A DNA stretch of 64,000 bases from Takakia lepidozioides (taxonomy: Eukaryota; Plantae; Bryophyta), in the NCBI GenBank assembly GCA_030704615.1, contig CM060734.1:14260001-14324000 (forward strand). The letters are read 5' to 3'. Position 1 is the stretch's first letter. Each line of letters opens with the position of its first letter. Both the position numbers and the translations under genes were made by a program. Shown here piece after piece: positions 25,333-37,360 of this stretch. The notes beneath the pieces were generated by a model. The model saw only the letters and a list, made by a program, of their open reading frames with translations. It made no database searches and was not told where the DNA came from.

Positions 25333-28300
25333 TGTTGGAATTCGACAGAGAATAGAGTTAAAAGATGAATTGATTACTGATAACTCTCCACCCAACCATA
25401 GGACCACGAGCTCTCCCTATTTATACTCAAAGTCTAATCTAGGAATAGCTGAGATAACTATAGCATAACTCCATGTTTTTCCTTAAGTTATCCCCACCTG
25501 CTATTCCCCCACCTGCTATTATGGTACACTGACTCGAGTCACTAATAACTAAGGCTAATTTAGCTAACCGAGGCTTATCTTTATTGTTAGCTATGACTTG
25601 TTATCACTGCTATTATTGAAATCTGCCTTGTCGTAACTCTAAGTAGTAGTAACTTGGTCAGGAGTTGATTTCCAACACCCCTACTCAACGAGTTACCAAA
25701 TTAAACACTTAACTACTCCCATCAAACCTCGAAAGCGTTCATGCTTTTCAGCACCAAGTCCTTTTGTCAGAATATCTGCAACCATGTTGTTGGTGTTGCA
25801 ATATATCGGTTTGACAATTCTAGCTTCAGTCTTCTCTCGTACAAGATGATGATGAATCTCAATATGCTTTGTGCGAGCATGAAATGTTGGATTCTTCGAG
25901 AGAGCAATACACTCTTGGTTGTTATCATATATGACCATGGTATCCCTCTGTGGACGACTAATACTTGAGAAAAATGATGATAACCATAATGCTTGTTTTG
26001 TAGCTCGAGATGCAGCCATATATTCTGCCTCAGTTGATGACATAACAATTGGAGATTGCTTCTTGTTGCTCCAACTAACAACTCCATTTGCTAGCATAAA
26101 AACATAGCTAGATGTAGAAGGCGGTCATCAACATTACCAGCCCAATCTGCATCACAATAGCCGTACAGTTCTGTGCTTTTGCAAGCAATATCTGAGATAC
26201 CATATGAATCCACTTGATCCAACTGAACATTATCATTGTTTTTTCTCAAGCACAGACCATAGTCCAGTGTGCCTCTCGGATAACAAAATCTGCTTGAGTT
26301 GCCTAGGGTTAGCCACAAATTGGCTTACGACCACCCACTGCTTGTGCAATATCTATCATTGTACAGACCATTGCATATATGAGACTCCCCACAACACTCT
26401 GATAAGGAATATCTCTCATTGTCTTGAAGTCTTCAGCACTCTTAGGACTCATCTCCTTTGAGAGTTTACAATTTGGGACAAACGGGGTATTTACCGGCAT
26501 ACTTTCAGCCATACCAAAGCGCCTTAAGATATCTTCAAGATACTTATGCTAGTTCAGGTAAATCGCTCGGTCTTGTCGAACACGAGATACCGATACCCCC
26601 AAGCAGTACATGATCTCTTTCAGATCCACCATTTCAAACTTCTTTGAGATATCACTTTGTCTTTTTCAACAAAGCCTGATCAACACATGACACATAATCT
26701 CTTTCAGATCCACTATCTCAAACTTCTTTGAGATATCACTCTGTATGTGTTTCAACAGAGCCAAGTCATTAAAGACCAAAATTAGATCATCAACATACAA
26801 TGTTATGATCACAAAAGAGTTTCCATGAGCCCTCTTATAGTAAACGCTATAATCAGAAGAGCTCCTCTCAAACTCTTCAACCATCAAATATGCATCAATC
26901 TTGTCATTCCATGCCCTAGGGGATTGCTTCAAACCATACAAGGACTTGAGGAGTTTACACACAATCCTCTCTTTCCCTTTTACAGCAAATCCCTCCGGCT
27001 GGTCCATATATATTTCTTCCATAAGATCTCCATTGAGAAAGGTTGTATATACATCCATCTGATGTACCTCAAGATTTTCAACGGCAGCAAACGCAAAAAT
27101 CACTCGAATTGACTCCATCCGTGCAACAGGGGAGAAGGTTTCATTGTAATCAATACCTTCAATTTATGAAAACCTTTAGGGTTCATCACTGTCAATGAAA
27201 TATGTAGAAAATACCTTTAAAGGTTTTTCAATCATAGTAGATTGTACCTCCTTCATCTGATCCTCAACAATCTCATCTTCCATTTTATCTTCATGAGTTA
27301 GAGCCAAGTTCTTTTTTTCATGGTCCAAAGTTGAAACTACTGTTTCCGGATGAATGTTTCTCGACTCATTGAATATAACACCACGACTGATGATTACGTA
27401 CTTGCTCTCAGGGTTATACAACTTATACCCTTTGGTCTCTTCACAATAAGCAATAAAGATACACTGGATTGCTTTTGCATCCAATTGCTTCCTTATCTCT
27501 TTTGGAACATGAGCAAAAACAATACAACCAAAGACTCATAAATGATCACTTGAAGGTTTCTCACCCTTCCAAACCTCATTAGGTGTATTTGTAGAGATTG
27601 CCTTAGTAGGAAGTCGATTCTGGAGGTATGCTGTAGTCGCCACTGCTTCTGCCCAGAAACGGTAGTCCAACCTCATGTGTTGCAACATACACCTCACACT
27701 TTTAACAAGTGTTCGATTCTTCTTTTCTGCAACTCCATTCTGCTCTGACGTATATGGTGTGGCTGATTGTTTCACAATACCATTCTCCTTACAGAATTGA
27801 TTAAAATTCTTTGAGATGTACTCACCACCGCCATCACACCAAAGTGTTTTGATCTTTCTCCAGCTTGATTCTCCACCAAAGCTTTGAACGCTTTACCTAT
27901 CGAGAACTCCATTGTACATCATGTAAAGAAATATTTTCTTGGAAAAATCATCAATGAAGGTCAAGAAATACTTTGCACCTCCATGAGATTCAGACGACAT
28001 ATGACCACATAGATCAGTATGCACCGGCTCAAGAACCTTCTTCGTTCGAGAACCTCCATCTTTTGGAAATGACTTGCGATAGTGTTTACCATACACTCAT
28101 CCGTCACAAAAACTCAAGACCCGATCTCTTGTAAGATCCATTCCTTCAACCAGATTGTTAACTGACATGAATGTCAAACTTTGCATTGAGACATGTCCAA
28201 GTCTCTGATGCCCGAGGTCACTCTGCTTGAGAGTAGCATTGCAATCCACATGTAAAGCCTGGACAGGGCCCCAACCAGCTTGTACAATCTTGCATCTTGA

Positions 28301-29663
28301 GCTACCTTAGCTCGACCAACAATGACTGGTAGAAACCTCAACCGTAAGGCCTTGCTCAGTTAGCTAGCTAACTAACTAACTGACAATAGGTTCTTTGTCA
28401 GTTTATATACATAGAGAAATCATCCGGTCTCTTTGGACACACCAGATGATAATCGAAACACAACAGTACATTTTCCATGGATGTTAAGACTAGTACTGTT
28501 GTCTCCAAGATACACCTTGTGTCCCACAAAGAGTTCTTTGAAGGTTGAGAATGCTTCCCTGTGGAACGTCATATGTTGAGATGCTCCTGCATCAATGATT
28601 CACCACACAATTCTACAACTGAGAAAGATTCACAAAGCTACAACAAAAAGTTCAGTTTTGTCAGCCATAATTGCCGCTGAAACTTCACTCTGTAACTTCT
28701 CCTTCTTCTCATTGTCTAGTTTTTTCTTGAAGCATTTACATGCATAACGACCTCTTAAGCCATAAAAGAATCAGACTATGTGTTTCTTCTTCTTGAACTT
28801 AACTTCCTTCCTTCATCTTACTACTCTCGGTTAAGATAGAGCTGATTGACGACATGCTTTCTTTCAAAACTGACACATAGATTGGTCCATGCTTCTCTAG
28901 CAGTTTTAGCATGTGCAATATGATGAAATATTGAATTTGCCACATACAACAACATAGTTCCTCGAGCCAACTTATCTTTCTTCTCAAAAAGTCGTTGCTC
29001 AGAAGTGATCCCTGCAGCTATTAACTCTCCATCTTCAGGCTGCGCTTGAACTGGTGCAACCGCTTCTCTTGATGTGATCTCCCGTAGATCTTTCTCATGA
29101 AGAATGAACTCCATCTTAATTTTCCATGTATGAAAAATTGTGACCATCTAACTTCTCCACTCAAGTATGATCAGCAAAACATGCCATGCTGATAGTTTGA
29201 TGATTTGCCAAGTACAAAACACCCTCAAACTTTCAGATCTAACACCATGCACTCAAACCTATAGGTTGTAAATCAAATACTCATCTCCCTTTATCTCTTA
29301 TAGACAAAACCTCGCTTTGATACCATGTTGGAATTCGACTGATAATAGAGTTAAAAGATGAATTGATTACTGAGAACTCTCCACCCAACCATAGGACCAC
29401 AACAAGCTACGTGTCCACCCTCCGTACTCTCCTTATTTATACTCAAAAGTCTAATCCAGGAATAGCTGAAATAACTATAGCATAACTCCATGCTTTTACT
29501 TAAGTTATCCCCGTCGAGTGACTCGAGTAACTAATAACTTCACCTAACTTTAGCTAGCTGAGGCTTATCTTTATTGTTAACTGTGACTTGTCAACACTGC
29601 TATATTGAAGTTTGAAGAATAACTCTAGGTAGTAGTAACTTGGTCGCGAGTTGATTTCCACCG
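25333..29663 (-). mobile_element. Ty1/copia LTR retrotransposon, structurally complete but decayed
   Basis: LTRs 25333-25677 (TG..CA) and 29326-~29663; tRNA-Met PBS (TGGTATCAAAGC) at 29325-29314; PPT at 25678-25690. Domain order gag (WKIKMEFIL), integrase (VHTDLCG, EQNGVAE), RT (HQMDV..TFLNG, LYGLKQSPRAW, YVDDL), RNase H (YCDADWAG, SSTEAEY, ADILTK). Imperfect TSD (c/g)tctt. Confidence 0.95.
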
Positions 29664-30907
29664 TCTTATCGAGTGGGAGCGGGCAGAATCGGCAGAATAA
29701 GACAAATTATCCAAAACAAAACCCCTTTTGACAAATCCGACCCATTCTCTAGTGTGTCAAGACACACTCTTTTAGGACTTACGAATAATATGTATCAGAT
29801 AATGGCCGAGTAATTTACATTATGTGAAATGTCGGCCCCAGACTGCGGCTCGTGTTGAACCACATTGCCAGTTGAGAATTATGCTCAGGCGACCCGGGGT
29901 TTGCTACTAACTTACAAGAATGACTGCCCTGGGGGCTCCATACGCTGAACAGCAATCCCCACATACACTACTGGAAGTCTTGTAAGAGTTTGGAGCCCCT
30001 TTCTCTCTTCTTCGTTGCTCTCCTTCCCTGCTGCATAACTGCTTTGCCATCATCTCCCTACATCACATACTTGCAGCACATCCGATCATTGGAGGTCAGT
30101 GCGCGACCCACTAGCTCAACAAACTGTGCTCATAGACACCCTCTAGCAAATAGATCTTGCACTCTCTGAAGTAAGCAACACATTGCCCAAAATTACAGTG
30201 GAAGAGGGTTCAATGAAGTGACGTATGACTCGTGGTCCGTGGTCTACATTATAGCCCTAGGCTTTACCATGGTGCAGCTAAATACCAGAAATGTCACCAG
30301 CAAGAAACCCGGGGTGTTCCTGAAGGGACTCCGCTTTTGTTGGGAGATACTGCATATGAAAGATCTGCTAAAACACTTCATCAATCTGACTCTGCAACGC
30401 TCACCACTTTACTCCGGCAATACTGTACAGTTATACAAGACGCTTCCTTCCAGCTTTCACCAAACAAGGTTGAATGAACAATCAGGTTTGGAGAGAAGTT
30501 CTACAGCACATCATCAATCCTTTGGAAACAATATCCTGCTTTGCGGGCTGTCTTTCTGAGACCACCAGCAGGAGCTGGCACATTCTAGAGTCTTTAAGAT
30601 GAACAGAAAGAGGTGGAGAGGAGAGAGAGAAAGAAGAAAGCTTTATAACGTCCACCAAAAGCCCAGAGAGCTTATGGGACAATAACGTGTAACAAACAAA
30701 AGCACTTGGACAGGCATTCCTCCTGACACAAAATCTCACAGCTCTGGAAGTTAAGAAACAGCACATCAGTCGGCACTTGGCTGTGGCGTCCTTCAAAACC
30801 TCGCATTGCCTCCTGCCTAACCCTCTGTATTTGAATCACCTCCGAAAACGTGCTCATCAGCTCTGCAAACAAGGATGGCACTGCCTGCAAAGAAACTCAC
30901 TAGCTTG

Positions 30908-31150
30908 CTAGTGACAAAATTGCTCCCGCATTGGGTCGTGAAACCCTGGGGCACAAAAAGGGCTTGGTGCGCTGTGCCATCCATTACTTTGGGACCCAGC
31001 CTGGGAATTAGAGTGCGGCCCGGTAGTTGTTGAAGAAGCCCGAAATGCTGAGCAATTTAGGTCGAATGGCCTGCCCGCGTTGGAGATGGGAGGGATACCC
31101 AAGCCCCCTACACATCTTGGATCACAGTTGTTACCCAGTTGCTCAAGTGC
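30908..31150 (-). CDS. HEC: HECATE-like bHLH, exon 2 (spliced protein ~492 aa)
   Basis: Acceptor TTTCTTTGCAG|GCA at 31151/31150 gives in-frame KSHLQ|ALEQLG..EQFCH*, extending helix 2. Confidence 0.75.
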   Translation of the reverse strand, partial: ALEQLGNNCDPRCVGGLGIPPISNAGRPFDLNCSAFRASSTTTGPHSNSQAGSQSNGWHSAPSPFCAPGFHDPMREQFCH

Positions 31151-32000
31151 CTGCAAAGAAATTTGTGTTAGACGAGTCCACTCAACCACAGCAAGGGATG
31201 GACCGTCAATGGCTCCATGAGAAGAAGGCAGAAGAAAGAAGTACCCTGGGGCAGGTTTGCCAGAGACCACTGTTAGTAACAGCCCTGATCAGATTATGGT
31301 TTAGCCCTCGCATTCAAGAATTAAGCTTACCTTCCCTTGCTCAATAGCCCTATAGTTTGTCAACAAATCTCTTTGTCCAAAGATCTGAGTCTTATCTTAT
31401 CGTTGGAATGTGAATCCAGCCCCTCACCACGGCCCCCCTAAACTCTTCGAGGATTTACATCATACTACTGAGTGACCTTCCCTGCGGAAAAAAACTCTGA
31501 CAAGAACCTTGGTTGAAACCCGGAGCAGACACTCAGTCGATACAACCCGGACTTCTGGCATCTCCATGCATACTCTTCCAGCTGGCTTCTTCTCATCAAC
31601 TTTTTTTAGCATGAGGGGGTGGCAATGCAGCAGATGAGGCATGTTGAAGTCCACAACAGCAACTTGCGATTCTAGATCTCTGATGAACTGAATCATTTTC
31701 TAACCCTTTAATCACCACCTTTCTTGTGCCATTTCACACGGTTTCAGAAGTTCTTAACAGCCTTAACCTTAATTTTTTTGTCTATCTCCATTGAAATCCA
31801 GAGCCCCAGCACTCTGTTGGAAGGCAGGGCTTGAATGAGGCAGCTGGGCATTATGTTCCCCATGTTTCATATCAAAAGTTTTCTTATGCAAACTTGATCC
31901 GAGTTCCTGTGATCAGTACTTTTATCCCAGACCTCCCAGGTGATAACAACACGAAAAACTTGGCCCCACACACATTTGGAGAGAAGGGAGGAAAACGGAC

Positions 32001-33236
32001 CTGCAGATGTGACTTGAGGAATTTCACGTAATGTATAGCTTCATCGAGCATCGACGCGGTATCCATCTTTGTGCCCCCCGGAACCAGCCTCTGCAGGACC
32101 CGGATCCGGTCGCTGATTCGCTCTCTTCGGTGCCGTGCGGCCACACTTTGAGGATCCTTCGAGATCCTAACGTTTCGGCGCTTAGGCCGAGAGCTCTCGA
32201 TCTCTGCTGCAGTTGGGACAGGAAATGGTGGGCGAAAAAGCATGGCTCTCATGCTTGCCATCTTATCAGGAAATGAGTTTGGTTCCCCAGATACCGTCGG
32301 CGGACCGAAAGACTGTATAGCGGGGCCAGGAACGCCCAGAGGACTGTGACCTCCAAGGTACGAGGCGCCGAACGAGGGTCCCACAAAACCAATGGAGCTT
32401 TCTTGAAACACTGCAGCTTTATCTTGATTCATGAGAGTCTTTTGTGACCTGGGATCCATCCAGTCTTGGTCTTCAGCAGTGGCAAGGCACCCAAGGCTGC
32501 GTTTTAGGCCACTGTTTCCATTAGAATTGGCCTGCTCCCCTTTGAAAACCCCACACTCTCTCTCTTTTCTCAGGCCCTGGATGGTATTGGCTACCAAGAC
32601 AGGCACCCCGAGGGCGTCTTCGGTCTCGTCGCGAGCTGTTGCTGTGTGCAGCACTGCTGTTGCGAGAGGATTTTCGGAATCTAAGCAGAAGAATTCCTTG
32701 GCGTGGACAAAATTCTGGCCCGAGGCAGGGGAGTCCGGCAGCTGTAGTCCTTGGGTGATACCGAGAATCGACACCGAGTTTGTCGAAGTACCTGGGCTTG
32801 CTGTTCGATGCAGCTTGGGTGGCGCCCTGGGGAGACACGCCACTCCTGCTGGTGAAAGCCCGGGAAAGACGAGATTGACCGGCTCACTGCTTGCACTGCA
32901 CAAGCAGCCTTCTTCATCCCTTTCGCTTGTGGAGTCCACCATACTACTGCTATTCGAGTGTAGTAAGCTGTCCAGTGATCCAGTGGCCGTTGGGGAGCCG
33001 AGGTCCGATTTTCTTGGAGAGAAGGCATGCAAAGCCTGAGGGGAGGTTCCTCCGGGACTTCTTGGGATCATATTTGGCTGGTGCGCCTCTGCGTCAACCC
33101 CATTCTGCAAACCACAATTTGGTTGCGGAAGCCCACCTAAAATGTGGGCGGTGTCGGCGCCCGACACTGTCAACATGCTCCTGGGGTCGCCAGGAACCGT
33201 GCCATCAAAATACCAAGGATTCATGGTCGAGTCCAT
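32001..33236 (-). CDS. HEC: HECATE/bHLH87-like (subfamily VIIIb) bHLH transcription factor, exon 1
   Basis: [69 protein letters not shown] is the HEC-type signature. Donor CAG|GT after 32001, phase 0. Confidence 0.9.
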
Positions 33237-35033
33237 CCGAAGATGGCTGCTGATCGTCTTGCCGCTCCAGCCGGTCCCAGAGTTGGACCTGCAAGTTTAA
33301 ACTGGGTTCATGCTCGGATTCCAAACTGGACGCTTTGCAAACACACGACTCAAAAAATCGGTATCCGCACGAATGTGGCGGAATGGAACCTTTGAACACG
33401 ATATGCAACAACCCTACCCTTCCCCACTTTCCACAAACGCCCATCTTACCATTTCTCCATGTCCACCGCCCTCCTCCTCGCTCATCCACTCCCTCCTCTC
33501 CTCACTCACACTGTGTATGTGTTTTCGCTCTCTCTCTCTGCTCACACACAATTCCACTCCACTCTACGTTATCCGTCTCTCTGCCCCTGCGTACGCGAGC
33601 GAGAAACGGAGCGAAGAAAAACACATGGGGTAGGAGAGCAACACGAGCGGCCACACAGACAAGCGCTGTGGCAGGGGCAAAGCTCTCTCACAGATGTGGG
33701 GAGGGAAGGTACGAGAGGTGGGGCGCCATGGATCCATGAACGAGTGCTCGTCCCGCCGATTGTTTGATGCGCGGGCGCGGCCATGGGGCCCTATGCGCAG
33801 CCCCCGCTGCCCCCTACCGCCGCGATCCGTTAGCCGCAGGCCTCCGTGTCCTTTAATCCACTTTCTATTTCCGTTAGCCCTTCCCTCTTTTAGTATTCCA
33901 GCCCGCCAAGTCTAGGGTTCAAACGCTGCTCCTAATGCGAAACGCGGTTGCAAGAAACAAAAACTCTAATGATTGATGGAACGAATCTTTTGAGTTTCGG
34001 GTATCGCGACTGTATACTGATATCGCATCGCCCCCGGTTAGACATACCTGCAGAGGCCATCTTACCGCATTTGTTACCCAATCATTCCCACTGCGATGAG
34101 CCTGTTTCTGCTGCCTCCCCCTCCCCTCGCTAATCCTTACCATTATTTTAAGCTTATCGCGACTAAAATATCTACAACAAATAGTGGCTATGATTGCACT
34201 TATGAGGGTCTGTGTTGCATTTTATGTAGCCTTCAACTGGGACCTCTCTACTACCCCGTAATTCAATGTATCCTCCAAACGTCATATAATTTGGACTGTA
34301 TGCAGAGATAGGTATATACGCCGGTATATACCTCCAGCTCCACATATGTGGGACACTGTCACGGGCGATCACACAAAACAATTTACTATGTCTAAATTTA
34401 GCATCAGCTGTTATTGTCAGTTCATTTGTACTGCAGTGAACGCGCGATTTCAAAATACTGTATGGACTAGGTAGCCGTGGAGGCGAACCCGGTAGCCGGA
34501 CACCAACAGTGCCGAGCCGAGCCGCGGGAGCGTCGAGGGATTCCCTGGTGTCCCGCTACACCCGGTAGCCGGTCAAGCCTCCCCGTCTACCGGACATAAC
34601 CGAGGTGGTGGTGGGCTACGGCGGGTGACAGGCCTGTCCAGGACAAGTTAACCGCTGCCACGTAGGCAAAATGCCTCCAAACCTCGGTTATGTTGTTCGG
34701 AGAAATGGATGGTTTGCTCATCACACTGAGAGATATTATGAGCTTTGGAAAATATTACAAAGTAACCAGGCCCTAATTTTCAAATGCTTTGCTTGGTAAC
34801 AACCTAGGGGTTTTTTCCCTTTGTATTTTCAGGAACCTTATCTGGTGGAATGTCACGTCAACAGTGGGCAGGGACCTCATGCTTAATAAGAGCCCTAGGG
34901 CGGGGGGATCTTACGCGTAAGGTCCCATGGGATCTTAGTACGCCCTGTCATCTTTTCCTTACTAATTTCATTTATTTTATTTTAGTTGTAGGGATCTCAG
35001 CCATCCAGTGCGCCGATCTTAAGAGATGTCAGC

Positions 35034-37120
35034 TAGGGATTGCAATTTAGGCCATGCTTTTGCGCTTTTGATGACCCGCGGTAAGAACTTTTAAAATTGA
35101 CTCTTTTACAAGCTGCCCGTAAGGAATCTTTACCGCCCAAAAGGCATCTTCAACCCACGGCAAGGCATCTTTACCGCTGGCAATGAATTTGAAACTCCCC
35201 CATGAAGAATCTTTAAGGAATTTGGACCCCCTTTACCGCCAGCAAGGCATTTAAAACCCCCCGCAAGGAATCGTTATCGCCCGCAAGGCATCCAAAGCCC
35301 CCCGCAAGGAATCTAGACCCCACGCAAGCAGGTACATTCAACTACATATTCATATGTATACGAATACATCAGTCACATACGGGGTCTCCGAGTTTTTTTG
35401 GGCCGGAACAACTATCCCCGAGCGCATAGAGCGGTATTTCGAGTAGCATGCATCTCTGTTCACATAACAGTTCTGGGCACTACACCAGAGGAGAAAAACC
35501 AAGACAGAATCTTACATTCAATTTTCCACATTCGTTAAGTTCTTGCCTAAGATCTGCTACGGATTTTCAATGGGATGTGACTATCTGAGAGAAAAGAGAA
35601 AGAAACGGCAGAGACAGCTTTCTATTTCCAGTTTTACGCCTTGGTTCCGTAACTCCATAAGCATTGTCCTGGACATGAATCACGAGTCTTAGTATCGGAA
35701 GTGCATTCTAGTGCTCTTACATCGCATACTTTAATTTAGATTGCTGGGCAATCTCTCCTGAAGGCATTCAACTAATTTCTCCCGTTAGAAGCTTTTTACT
35801 GATACTAACAGACTTGGAAGTGAACGACACGCCTCGTGAGATTATTCTTCTTGTGGTCTGAACTACAGGTAGCAACATTTACTTCAAGTATAAACTTGTA
35901 GATCTAAATCCATGTGTCTCGGAATGTGACTCAAAGCTGGGTTTGGAAGCGTTAATACCACCAAGCAGGGGCCAAATGCTTCCAACAGCTACTACTCAAT
36001 ATGGCCTCCGCTTTTCTTTCTATCTATCCACATTCCAGCACAATCAATCCAATGAGCTACGATCCCAGTTTCAAGACTAAATCAGTCATTTCATGTGGAT
36101 TTGATGCAATGGAACTAGAACCTACCCATACCATACATGTGAGCACCTGTCTGCAACGAAGCTAGGCTTCAAATATCAACAGCTAAACTCGGAATAGTAT
36201 ACCCAAAAAAAGTGGGAGAGCCGGAAGAACAATCAATTTATCTCCAAGGGCACTTCTACAGAACAGTATTGATAACTCTATGAAGCACAAAGTAACAGAT
36301 GTTGTTTCACTGCTTCCTCTGCTCGTAGAGGCTATCGATGCAACTACAGCTGTCTCAGTAATATAACAATCACAATACATTTCATGTCAGGAAGCTGTCT
36401 TGTTATTTGATACAAACTGTAACGAATAGTTGAATGTTCATAGATATTGAAAATGAATATGGATGGATATGTGCATGCCTCTCATTTTTTGATATTAGCG
36501 TCTTCAATGCACCTATGGGCCCCGCCAGTACAGCATGGCTATGATGATTGAAACTACTCTTGGGTGGAAGGCACAGTTGAAGTCCACAATCAGTTCTCAT
36601 ACAATACATTAGCTTACCTCTTTTGGAGATTGGAAGGAGACACCGGATTAAGATATGAAAAAAAGAGCAGCGGTGTTTTTGCCGCGCGAACAGCGTTCCT
36701 CCCGCGAAGAAGATGACCGCCCAAAGCTACCCGCCGAACCAGACCAGAACCACCCGAACCTACCCTCCCGAGCCCAACCGTATATAGAGATGTACACAAA
36801 TTCGTATACATATGAATATGTAGTTGAATGTACCTGCTTGCACGGGGTCTACATTCCTTGCGGGTGGTAAAGATTCTTTGCGGGGGGGTTTTAAATGCCT
36901 TGCGGGCAGTAAAGATTCCTTGCAGGGGTCCAGATTCCTTAAAGATTCTTCATGTGGGAGTTTCAAATTCATTGCGAGCTATAAAGATGCCTTGCCGTGG
37001 GTTGAAGATGCCTTGCGGGAGGTAAAGATTCCTTGCGGGCAGCTTGGAAAAGAGTCAACTTTAAAGTTCTTACAGCAGGTCATCAAAAGCGCAAAAGCAT
37101 GGCCTAAATTGCATTCCCTA
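35034..37120. mobile_element. Non-autonomous TIR DNA transposon, ~330 bp TIRs, TAGGG..CCCTA ends, 6-bp TSD
   Basis: 35034-35365 is the inverted copy of 36800-37120. GTCAGC flanks both ends (35028-35033 and 37121-37126). TIRs contain GCAAGGMATC subrepeats. Confidence 0.9.
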
Positions 37121-37282
37121 GTCAGCCATATAACCCTATGCCTTCACAGCACCCCACCTCGGGCCCACCTTGGTATTCGGGACACACCGGTCGGAGGGGG
37201 GGACTTCCCCTATTACATTACGAAGCTTCCCTCGCAATAGTACGCAGTAAACTAGACTGGGAGGCCAATAAAAATTAGGTGA

Positions 37283-37360
37283 CGTCGGTAGCTGAGTTGG
37301 ATAAGTGCACTGCGAGTGTCACCCAGGTAATTCTGCGCTCAAATCCTGCTACCGAGCTCT
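37283..37360 (+). mobile_element. Degenerate tRNA-derived SINE-like head
   Basis: A-box-like TAGCTGAGTTGG (~37289) and B-box-like GCTCAAATCC (~37337) at Pol III spacing, with no intact cloverleaf. Confidence 0.45.

Noticed and set aside
31884-32000. C-terminus VRFPPF..IKFA of the 450-aa bHLH ORF
   Set aside because: Best explained as intron readthrough past the CAG|GT donor.
37283-37360. Functional tRNA gene
   Set aside because: The B box is degenerate and no convincing cloverleaf forms; kept only as SINE-like.
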